A stretch of 64,000 nt of DNA. Origin: Camelus dromedarius. Lineage: Eukaryota. Shown here piece by piece: positions 53,600 to 64,000 of the stretch. Within the stretch, counting starts at the first letter, position 1; each line of letters starts with the position of its first letter. The notes under the pieces were generated by a model. The model was not told the origin of the DNA. It saw only the letters and a program-made list of their open reading frames with translations, and made no database searches. The translations under genes were made by a program, and so were the position numbers. The DNA lies in assembly GCF_036321535.1 (NCBI RefSeq), contig NC_087438.1:13828001-13892000 (forward strand). The letters run 5' to 3'.

Positions 53600-54960
53600 T
53601 TACTTATGATTTAAAAGAAACATTATGGCAGATTAAAGGAGGCTAAGTCAAAAAAAAAAAAAAACTATTTAGAAAGCTACTGCAGTACTCCAGTGGAAGT
53701 GACGGTTGTTAGGACAGCGATGGGGGTGATGGAGATGGCAAGACGTGGTTCACTCATGGGTATTTTTTAAAGTATAGCTGGCAGAAGAATGTCTGAGGAA
53801 TTGGATGCACAGCGTAACAAAAAGAGAAGAGCCACACACGACTCTGGGTGATCTGCAGAGCAATCTGAAGACTGTGACTGTCGCTGCTGAAGTGGAGAAG
53901 GTTTCTGGGGGAGTAGGTGTACAGAGAAATTGGATTCTGAGGAAGATATTTACTTGGATCATATTGGATTTGAGACCTCTGTGAGGAGATATTAAGGTGG
54001 TTAATGTGATATCCAGGGGAGAAGTGCCCAAGTTGCTGCAGATTTAAATTTGAGAGCCATCAATATGTAGATGCCACAAAAGTCCATTCTATTGAATGGC
54101 ATTACTTGGGCAGTAACTCAAGACAGGTCTGAGGTCTGAAAATCAGATGCCCCACAATTCAATGAATAAAGAGATGGGGAAGAAGTTATCAACACACTGA
54201 GCTAGAAGAATCGGAGACAGAATCAGAGAATGATGTGCCCTTTAGCTAAAGAAAGAACTTGTTTCTTAAAGGAGTTGTCAATTGTGACAAATGTTGAAAA
54301 ATTTTTGAGCAAATGGAGGAATGAGAATTAGACTTTGGATTTTGCAGTGTGAAGGACAAGGGTAATTTTGGTGAAGTTATGAAGATAAAAAACTTTTTAG
54401 AGTGCATTTTAAAGAGTATGAGAGTAGAGAAAAGGCAGGCTGTTAATACAGACAATTCCTTCAAGGAGTTTTTCAGGAAATGGAATGAAATAATAGAGAT
54501 GTCTCTGGAGGGAAACATTTGATCAAGGTAGGTTTTCAGTTTTCATTTGCTTGAATTGACTTTATTTGCAGTAGAAAACAAAGGCTGTTTTTGAGGACAG
54601 GGGAATTATGTATCAGATAAGGAAAAATAAAGATACAGGGAAGAGGAGAAATTATTAACAGTGTGATGTCTAAGAGTGAGTAAGAAAGGACGTGATTCAG
54701 AGCACACATAGAGGGGTGGCCGTAAGCATGGCACGGAGAGTTCATTCACACTAATGGGATTTTTAAAATTAATTATTTATGGGATTACTGCCCATAGGAC
54801 TAGTTAGGTTGGTAGATATGATAGAAGAAAAATGTAGAAACGCCTTTCTGATTGGTCTTGTTTTGTGTTATTAAAGAAGCAAGATCATCTAATGCATGTA
54901 AGGAAATTAGGAGAAGTATTGAAAAACTGTAGATGGAGGAAAACTATAAAATACATATTT
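53600..54960 (-). mobile_element. L2 LINE, antisense
   Basis: Purine-rich L2 antisense motifs (tagaaagctactgcagtactccag; gttgtcaattgtgacaaatgttg; gacaattccttcaaggagttt). Confidence 0.75.
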
Positions 54961-55549
54961 AGCAGTACTATATATAATTACTTGAGTTGTTTGAGTTTCT
55001 TTTCAATCAACACGTGTTCTAAGTCTTCTAGAATTTGATACTGAAATCAGGAAAGTGTAATCCTTAGTAATCCTTCAATGTATCGACTTACTGGATACAC
55101 AATGACGAAAAAAGAGAATGTCTTAGACATTATAATTGTCTGATCAAACTCCTCCTTGTGTGTAGGATCCAAAAGGTTTGAATAGAATTTCTGCAAGTGA
55201 AGACAGATATATAGACCTTGAAGGTTCTGAGACAATATAGACAATCCCACACCTTTTGTCACACTAATTAATGAAATTATGGGCACATTTCCTGTATTAC
55301 ATATAATTTTTAAAGGCAGTGAATTGAGATTAGTTCATAAATTGCTTAATTGGGAGCACCATTCTTAGTGGTTATGCAAAATGATTATTTATCTCACCTT
55401 GGATGTGAATGAGGATGAGTGTATATCAATTTAAAGTGATATTCATTCCGTTAATGTACTAAAAGTTAACATAGTACTCGTTGCTTATTACTATAATCTA
55501 ACAACTCTAAAGCAAAATGTGAGATAAAAAAGAATGCAGGAAAGGAAAA

Positions 55550-55733
55550 CAATCACAGAGAAATGGAGACACAGACCTAATCAAATAAAGCCTAAAGCCC
55601 AGTTTACCTATGAAACTTGCAGGCAGGTACATGAATCAACAAAGTTATTCTAAATCTCAGAACAAATTGAATTATTTTTAGATATTTTGAAGTAATCTGT
55701 CATATGGCATTAGGTAACTAATACACTGACACA
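55550..55733 (+). mobile_element. Old MLT1 LTR 3' fragment
   Basis: cctaaagccca..tacatgaatcaacaaa..aactaatacactgacaca. Confidence 0.4.
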
Positions 55734-56614
55734 TGGATGTATAAAAAATTTCAGAAAATATTTTATTGTAGTACTTCGGATCATTGGTTAAAGTGATATC
55801 AATTTATCCGTGTGTTAGTCCCTTTGTGTGCTGAGGGGAAAACACCCACTAGGATTCTTTTGTGTGTTAAGGGAAACTGCTAATACGAACACATTTGTGG
55901 AAGACAAATTTCATGGACCAAAAATAAGCACACTGACAATAATAATAGAATATGTAGAAGCCAAAGGGACTTAAAAACCACCCACTCTTCAGTAACGGGG
56001 TTTTACATTGTTAGATGCAGCTGCTAACAAAAATTAATTTCAGATTAAAAGGCAAAGAGGAACGAGTTCATAAAATTTAAATTTAATTTCCAGGACCTGA
56101 AGTTGACAAGTGGACTAAATTTGAAATGTGTGGATCCTACTCTTTGAATACATTTGCATGAGAATTGAGAAAACAAATGAGAAACATTCAATGAATAAAG
56201 AATATGGAAACACTGGTTTCTGGACTTGAGTTATGTAGAGAGAAAAAGTGAAACAGGGAGCTAGGCAGATATTCATATCAATTCACAAAACATGAGCTCG
56301 TTTCTGTTCTTGCTGAAACCATGAACTCTGGTTACAGCAGAACCTTTTGGACTCATTAAAGTATGAATAAATAAGCATCTCCCTGACCTTGGATCCTTTG
56401 GGAGTACAACCGTCATGCAAGCAATTAATGAGACAAAGTCCCATTTTGGTGTATTGATCAGGTGGAATACATCCTTGCATTTAATGCACAGAACAAGGCG
56501 AAACAGAATATTCTAGGTGAAATGGGAAACATATAGTTTAGTGATGACTGCATTTTGTCGTGAGTGATGGAGGTGTTCGGTAGTTAAGGTAGGTGGAGAA
56601 ATGAGGGCAGAGAA

Positions 56615-57128
56615 TATTCATGAATTTAACAAAATTTTATTAACCCAGTTCTATGTCTCAGGAAATTTACTAAGTATTTGGCAATACTATGATGAACAAA
56701 GATGAAAGAGATCCGTAGACTTGAGATGTTGACCATCCAGAAAAAGTGAAAATATTACAATAAAACGTGGTAAGTGCTCTATGTAAGACTGATAAGTGAT
56801 GTCATTTTAAGGCAGGCATGCAGTTAGAGTATAGAAGGGAAGGGGCTGTAAAATTTGCCTGAGAAGTTGAGAAAAAATTCACAGGTGTGACATTCGAAAG
56901 ACTTCTTAAAAGAAAATTGCTGTTTGTAAAGCAGAAGAAAATAAGAAGAGGGCTTTGAGAGATGGAAAGACAATACAATTATTGAAACAACACGGCCTGT
57001 TTGAGGGTCTGTGCCTAAAAGCATGATACACATTTTTCAGAGGATTCAGCTGAGACTAGAGGGCCAAATATTATGAAGAAAAGCCACGTATGACCTACAT
57101 GGAGTTTATTCCTCAGGCAATCAGGATC
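56615..57128 (-). mobile_element. L2 3' region, antisense
   Basis: attcatgaatttaacaaaa..ctatgtctcagg..gatgaacaaaga..ggtaagtgctctatg. Confidence 0.6.
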
Positions 57129-57359
57129 CGTGTGTGTGTGTGTGTGTGAGTGTGTGTGTGCACGTGCGTGCGCTCGCGCATGTGTGCATGCTCATGAGAT
57201 TAGTCCTAAATAGATCAAATTGTTATTGAAAACCATGTTTCTTAAACTTAATTTACATTAGAATCACATTGGTGAGTGGTTCTCAAACCTTAGCCTACAT
57301 GGGCATCGCATAGACAGCCGGATAAAACCCAGGATATTGGGCCATAATGAGACTCAAAT

Positions 57360-57753
57360 TCATGGGGTCCCCAGATATTTGGTCAAACACTATTTTGTGT
57401 GTGTTTGTAAGAGTGCTTCTGGATAAGATTAACATTTAAATTGGAAGACCTAGTAAAGTAGATTGTTCTCTATTATGTGAGTGGGTTTCATCCAGTTTGT
57501 TGAAGACTTGAATGGAACAAAAGGCTGACTCTTCTTTGAATATGAGAGAATTCTCTTGCCTGATAGTTTCTGAAATATTGGCTCTTTCAGGTTCTGGCCT
57601 TAAGATGTGCCCTAGGACATGGGATCTGAAGATTTCAGACCTGCCAGCCTCCGTAACTGGATGAGCCAACATGAGCTAATTCCTTATACTAAATCTCCTT
57701 ATTGGTTCTGAATCTTATAGGTTCTGTTTGTCTGAAGAACCCTGACTAATCCA
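57360..57753 (+). mobile_element. MLT2 (ERVL) solo LTR, preceded by a MER5-like fragment (about 57272-57350)
   Basis: cccagatatttggtcaaacactatt..gattaacatttaaattgg..ttctgtttgtctgaagaaccctgactaatcca. Confidence 0.8.
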
Positions 57754-58458
57754 GGTCCAGCTGACAGCAGAACGTAGTTTAACCTTTACTCATCCTTCAT
57801 CTCAAGACTGAATCCATGCGTTATCCTTCTTTGAAATCTCCACTTATCCTCTTAGAGAGACAAAGCAACCATGTTTTATGTTTCTCTAGTTCCTAAAAAG
57901 CACAGTAATTATTCATAATGCAATTATATGCTTACTTTGTCTTTTGCGTGAGACTCTTAAATTCCTCAAAAACAAAATATGTCCTCAGTACCATTAGTGC
58001 CTAAATCACTACACTACCTAGCAAGTATCATTGATGAATGCATTTCGAGTGAGTCAGTTAATGTATACTTTAGGATAAAGGTGATAAAGCACATCACACC
58101 AGAGTACTGGGATGGATACTAAGGAAGTAGAACATTCCAAGAGGAAAGAGAATGATTAATATAGTCAAATATCACAAAGAAATCAAGGGGAAATAAGAAA
58201 GAAAATATACTCATTGGATTTAGATATTAAGAAGAATGATCATAATGGCAGATTCCAAAACACAGTTGGGACAAAATATACGTTATCCTGCACTGAGGCT
58301 CTAACAAAGAAATGGAGGGAGATGATGAGAAATTCACTTGGAAAAAATATATTAAGAACTACTTTTTGAGTACCTACTAGTGCTGTTACTGTACTAAGGA
58401 GTCATACAGAAGGACAAGTAAACCACAGCATCAGGTTTGAAAGGATATGTACTATCCA

Positions 58459-58508
58459 GTAATAATAATGATGATAATAATAATAATAATAACAACAACA
58501 ATAACAAC
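58459..58508. repeat. (AAT)n/(GAT)/(AAC)n trinucleotide microsatellite
   Basis: Directly visible. Confidence 0.9.
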
Positions 58509-58539
58509 CTTGCCAAATTTTTACAGACATTTTAGGGTC

Positions 58540-59540
58540 ATGGTAGGTAGAATTCTAAAGATGCCAGCACAAGACTCCTGTCCTTGGTTATTCAACTTAA
58601 CATGAATCTGAATACTATTGTGAAGGGAATTTTGCAGATAAAATTAAAGTCCCAAGTCATTTGACCTTAAAACACAGAGCTTATCTGGGTAGGCCTGACC
58701 CAATCAGGTGAAGACCACTGAAAGCAGAGACTTTCTCCAGATGGCAGCAGAAGAGAAAGTTAAAGAAATTCAGGCATAAAAAGGACTTGACACACAGTCA
58801 CTTGTTTGAAGAAGGTGAGGGCTATGTGCGGAGGAAGGCCGGCAGCCTCTAAGAGGAGAGAGATGCCCAAGTTGACAACTAGAAAAAAAAATGGAGACCC
58901 ACATCCTCAAGGAAGTGGATTGTGCCAGAAAGAATGAGCATTAAATCAGATTCTTCACGAAGTAAGCCAGAAAGAGAAAGAAAAATATCATATGATATTG
59001 CTTACATGTAGAGTCTAAAAACAAACAAACAAACAGACTTATTTACAAAACAGAAACAGATTCACAGATGTAGAAAACAAACATGATTACTGGGGGGGAG
59101 GGTGTGGGAAGGGGTAAACTGAAAGCTTGAGATTTGCAGATACTAACTAATACGTATAAAATAAACAACAAATTTATACTGTATAGCACAGGAAACTTTA
59201 TTCAGTATCTTGTAGTAACTTATGGTGAAAAAGAATACAAAAACAAATATATGTATGTTCCTGTATGACTGAAGCATTGTGCTGTACCTCAGAAATTGAC
59301 ACAACATTGTAAACTGATTATACTTCAATGAAAATAAATAAATAAGTAAGTAAATAAGTAAGTAAGCAAGTAAATAATCAGATTCTTCCCTGGAGCCTCC
59401 CAATAAGAGCCCAGCCCAGCTGACACATCACTTAAGTCTTTCCAGATCTAAAGCAGAGAACACAGCTGAACCCTCCTGGATTTCTACCCTACAGAAATCA
59501 TATGAGTATTTGTTACACATTAATGGAAGAGTCATAGAAG
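58540..59540 (+). mobile_element. MLT1 (MaLR) solo LTR split by an L1 insertion
   Basis: tggtaggtagaattctaaagatg..gggaattttgcagataaaattaaag..ttatctgggtaggcc; resumes after the L1 with gattcttccctggagcctcc. Confidence 0.8.
58957..59375 (+). mobile_element. Young lineage-specific L1 3' end with a 13-bp TSD
   Basis: TSD aatcagattcttc at 58944-58956 and 59376-59388. Ends gaaattgacacaacattgtaaactgattatacttcaat followed by a (TAAA/TAAG)n tail. Confidence 0.92.
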
Positions 59541-60509
59541 TTATCAAATAGCTGTATTATGAATTACATTGCTGCCGGTAACAGAAATGTTCCACAAGTA
59601 TTTATTTAGAACGTTCTCTTCCCCAAAGACTGTGACACCTGATAAGAAGGCAACACTTTCTATTCCCCTGACCAGAGACAACATATTGAATTCATTTGAT
59701 TCTTAGCGTGTTCTTTAAAATGCTGAAAATAATCTTATGTCACAGAACGCATTTTAAAAATAAGTAACAGAATAAACCTCAATCAATTCAAATACCTGAC
59801 TGGTACTTAGGTCCCATGGACATCGATTTCCATATGGAGGACCATGTTAGAATGAGTGCAGATCTAAGAACCAAAATATTTAGATTAATATTTTGTATGA
59901 GTCTCATGTTCTTTTTATCTAAAAAATGAGAATAATACCTTTCCTCTCTATTTCACAGAGATTTTTGTTAGGATGACACACCTGTAAAGTGCTCCCTACA
60001 AGGACAAATAGCAGCTGGTAAAAGATGTCACAGACCAGATCCATGTTTCCTGCCTTTCCTGCATGACTAGGCAGCTGCATAAATGCTTTGAGACCCAGAA
60101 CCACAGGATGAAAGAAGGCAGAGCCAAACACCATGTAATTAACAGCTGCATTGCGCCTGCACTCTACCTGCCTGCTCAAAGGATGCTCATTTCAGCTGTG
60201 ACAACCCTCAACTTTCACACTGGCCCTCTAGCATGAGGCCTGTTCACCTCAAGGAAGGGGGCAACATTTTTTGTTTTGGTTTGTGTGTGTGTGTGTGTGT
60301 GTTTTGCTTTGTTTTGTTTTTGCACAGAGTTGCTTTGCTTTTATTTTCTCTTAAATTCTGGTTCATTTCTTTATCTGCCCAGATGAGGCCCCTTTCTTTT
60401 AATTGCACAAACCCCTAGGTAGGATGAATAGGTATTTTAAAACATTAACTTCGAATTGTAACTCCTTAGAACAACAGTCTCCTCAAAACTGTTAGCTTAA
60501 GATTTTTAA

Positions 60510-61670
60510 AAATCCGTTTTCTGTTCATGAAAGACACTGTCAAGAGGATGAGAAGACAAGACACAGACTGGGAGAAAATATTTGCAAAAGACATATCTGA
60601 TAAACCAGTTATCCAAAACATGCAAATAACTCTTAGCATTCAACAAGAAAACAACCTGATTCAAAAATGGTTCAAGGCCTTAATAGACACCTCACCAAAC
60701 AAAACATACAGATGGCAAATAAGCATATGAAAAGATGCTCCACATATATGTCAGGAAAATACAAATTAAAACAACAGGATACCATTCTATATCCATTAAA
60801 GTGTCCCAAATCCAGGGAACACTGACAACATCAAATGCTAGGGAGGATGTGGAGCAACAGGAACTCTTACTCATTCATATCTGGTGGGAGTGCGAAATGG
60901 CACAGCCACTTTGTAAGACATTTTGTCAATTTCTTATAAAACTAAACATACTCTCACCATATGATACAGCAATTGCACATTTTGGTATTAGCTCAAAGAA
61001 GTTGAAAACTTCTGTCCACATGAAAACCTACACATGAATGCTTATAGCAGCTTTATTTCATCATTAACAAGAACTTGGAAACAACCAAGATATTCTTCAG
61101 TAGATGGATGAGTAAAGAAACTGTGGTACATCCTAACAATGGAATATTATTGCATGTTAAAAAGAAATGAGCAATCGAGACATGAAAAGACATGGTGGAA
61201 TCTTAAATCCATATTACTAAGTAAAAGAAGCCATTCTGAAAGGCAACATGTTGTATAAATCCAACTACGTGACATTCTGGAAGAGGCCAAACTAGGGAGC
61301 CAATAAAAAGATCAGTGGTTACCTGGCGTAGGGACGGGGAGACATGAATGGGCAGCGCACAGAAGATTTTTAGTGCAGTCAAAATACTCTGTATGATACT
61401 ATCATGATGAGAACATGCCATTATACAGCTGTCCAAACCCAAAGGAGACCAAGAATGAACCTTAAATTAAACCATGGACTTTGGTTGATTATGACATGTC
61501 AATATAGGTTCATCAATTATAACAAATGTATCACTCTGGTGGGAGATGTTGATAGTCGAGGATGCTAAGCACATGAAGGTGCTGGGGGGATATGGGAGAT
61601 CTCCATACATTCCTCTCGATTTTGCTGTGAACCTAAAACTTCACTAAAAAAAATAAAGCCTTAAAAAAAT
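60510..61670 (+). mobile_element. L1MC1-like LINE-1 (ORF2 C-terminus and 3' UTR)
   Basis: ORF remnants KRMRRQDTDWEKIFAKDISDK and EDVEQQELL..WWECEMAQPLCK; L1MC-type 3' UTR and A-rich tail. Confidence 0.9.
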
Positions 61671-62784
61671 CCTGTTTGAAAAAGTATCCACAACAGAATA
61701 CACTAGAAAACAGTTGGATGACATGGCTCATGTTGAAATTAATGCTTACAAGCAATTGTACCTGGAAGGGCTTCCAACTCTATTTCATAGACACTTAAGT
61801 CAAGCAATCTGTAAGTGGATGTGCACTTTTCTAAACAGTGTCTCCCAATATGGCTATAAAATCTTAACTATTGCTCATTCTTTCTACATACCTGTTTATG
61901 ATTAGGATTAAATTATATCTTAGTAATGCTCATTGAGATATCTCTAAGGCTTTTTTATTACCATCCATAAAATTTAGGATATTACGATTTACTGTGCTGT
62001 TTTACTTAGTAGATGTGTATTAACTCATTTCCCATATGAAGGACCAACAAGTGGTTTAAAAAAAAAAAACTTAGTATATCTTGAAGACGTTACTTTAGTA
62101 AAAATGAACATTTCCTTTGGTAATGATTGAAAACAATAGAGTTTTTATGATATACATGAACCCATGTATGTTTATAAATCAGCTTCTACTTGATGCAAAC
62201 ATTATTTGGACTGAGGTGAGATTTAGAAACAATCTTAAGTACAGCCTCTGATTAAAATACGCCTGTAATTGAACTTGATGCTATTTTTAAAATTTCCTAT
62301 TGTTTCCAACAAGCAAATATCATTCTTTCCAGGGATTCTTAACTTCCATCTTCTATCCATGGAGCTTGTTCCCAAGAACTACACAATATTTTTGGAACCT
62401 TTCAAATGTCTTTATCATTTCCTTTTGAATATATCAATCCATTTATTCCTTTATTTTAAAACTAATTTTCAATGAGCCTTTATCATGTGACAGTCCTTTT
62501 GTTGTCCTTGGGTGACTAAGAACATGTAATTCTAGGTCTAGTCTCGTTACGTTGAAAATGAATATTAACCAGAATGATAACAAGTGAACCCACTCATGTA
62601 TTCTTTATAATGCTCATTTTAAAGTAGTTAGTGATGCTTATTTTCAAAGAGAACATTATGTCGAAAAAATTATCTAAATGGAAACCACTTGAGTTGATTT
62701 TTCAGATGCAAAACATGAAAAATTCAGGTAGAACAGAGAAGACTGGAGTGGTTTAATTATTGATTTGTAATAAAGGGCATTATA

Positions 62785-63840
62785 AAAGTACATAAACCAC
62801 AATGAGCTATCACCCCATGCCCACTAGAATGGATCTAATCAAAAAGGTATGTAATGATAAATATTGATAACAATATAGAGAAATTGGAACCCTCATATAG
62901 AGCTGGTATGAATGTAAAATGTAGCCACTTTGGAAAACAGTCTGGCTGCTCATCAAAAGTTTAAATATAGAGTTTCTATGTGACCTCGTAATCCCACTCT
63001 TAGGTACACAACCAAAAGAAATGAAAACCCATCCATATGGAGATACTCATAGTCATGTTCATAACAGCATTATTCAAACTAGGCAAAAAGTAGAAACAGC
63101 CCAAATGTCTGTCCTGATAGATAAAGTGATAAAGGGACAAGTAAAATGTAATATATCCATAGAGTGGAATATTTTTTAGCAATAAGAATGAATGAAACAC
63201 TGCTACATGCTACAGTGTAAATGAACTTTGAAAATACTGTGCTGAGTGAAGTAAGCCAGTCACAAAGAACCACGGGTTATATGATTCTTTTATATGAAAT
63301 GCCAAGAAAAGGCAAATCTATTGCTATAGACTGAATGTTTATGTTCCCTTGCCAAAATTCAGAGTGGAACACTCATCAGTGAGATTAGTGCCTCCAAAGA
63401 GATTCTTTGCCCTCGTGCCAGGTGAGTTCACCAGTAGAAGGCAGCCATTTATGAACCTGGACTGGGTTTTCACCAGATACCAAATCTGTTGCCCCTTAAT
63501 CTTGGACTTCCAGCCTCCAGAACTGTGAGAAATAAATGTTTGTTGTTTGAAGCACTCAGTTTATGGCATTTTGTTATATTGGCCGAAACAGACTAAGACA
63601 TCTATAGAAACTGGAAATAGGTTAGTGGCTTCTTGAGTTGAGACACAAGGAGTGGGGTTTAGAGGGTGATGACCAAGGGGTACAGGATTTCTTTCTGAAA
63701 TCATGAATATATTCTAAAACAGATTGTAGTGATTGATGCACAAGTTCTGAGTACACTAAAAGTCATTAAACTGTACCCTTTAAAAGGGTGAATTGCATGA
63801 TTTGTAAATTATTTATAAATGAAGTTTCAATTTTTTAAAA
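62785..63840 (+). mobile_element. L1MB-type LINE-1 3' end
   Basis: aaccacaatgagctatcac..cccactagaatgg..gccactttggaaaacagtctggc..gggtgaattgcatgatttgtaaatta. Confidence 0.85.
63322..63600 (+). mobile_element. MLT1A-like MaLR solo LTR nested in the L1, with a perfect 5-bp TSD
   Basis: tctat|tgctatagactgaatgtt...cttggacttccagcctccagaactgtgagaaataaa...gactaagaca|tctat. Confidence 0.9.
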
Positions 63841-64000
63841 TTTCTTGTACCTTCTGAGGACAAGCAAAAGAGAACATAATTTCTTTTCACATAGCACTGT
63901 TTTTTTAATGTGAAGTATTCTTAATTTTAATATATTTATAGTTCTGTTGTGAATATGTAGAAATCTTTTAAAATTATACATATTTTCTGCATGCAATGCT

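Larger units (their letters stand above)
1..64000 (-). other. CDH18: Window lies inside the CDH18 transcription unit (3 internal coding exons; introns of 11,171 and 19,142 nt between them; flanking introns run off both ends)
   Basis: Three exons splice in frame into DNPGLLSHVTVGIRVLDVNDNPPELAREYDIVVCENSKPGQ-VIHTISATDKDDFANGPRFNFFLDEHLSINPNFTLKDNE-DNTASILTRRRRFSRTIQDVYYLPIMISDGGIPSLSSSSTLTIRVCACERDGRVRTCHAEAFLSSAGLSTGALIAILLCVVILL, which matches CDH18 as I recall it. I did not find the upstream exon or the final cytoplasmic-domain exon in the window. Confidence 0.9.

Noticed and set aside
60527..61037. Two + ORFs (67 and 100 aa)
   Set aside because: Frameshifted L1 ORF2 C-terminal remnants.
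39530..64000. Next upstream CDH18 exon (EC4, LDRE motif)
   Set aside because: I searched by eye for a minus-strand LDRE-encoding exon and found none. It is probably beyond the window, but a spliced alignment is needed to be sure.

Overview
AT-rich mammalian genomic DNA lying entirely inside one large minus-strand gene, type II classical cadherin CDH18. Three coding exons are present: 39529-39408 (122 nt), 28236-28119 (118 nt) and 8976-8725 (252 nt). They have GT-AG boundaries, splice in frame, and encode the end of EC4, EC5 and most of the transmembrane helix. The neighbouring exons appear to lie outside the window. The rest is intron filled with L1, L2, MIR, CR1/L3, MaLR/ERVL/ERV1-type solo LTRs, Tigger/MER2 DNA-transposon relics and microsatellites. 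Ala-tRNA-derived SINEs (vic-1 type) and the young L1 3' ends suggest a camelid genome (inference). I see no new multi-gene system. The best second-look items are (1) an internal branch point, pyrimidine tract and CAG acceptor cluster inside the TM exon, which would give a frameshifted, TM-less and probably NMD-escaping CDH18 isoform, and (2) a 208-bp TSD-flanked, polyadenylated insert of apparently unique sequence (retrocopy or orphan transduction). Repeat family names come from recalled consensus sequences, not a database search, and many repeat boundaries are approximate.
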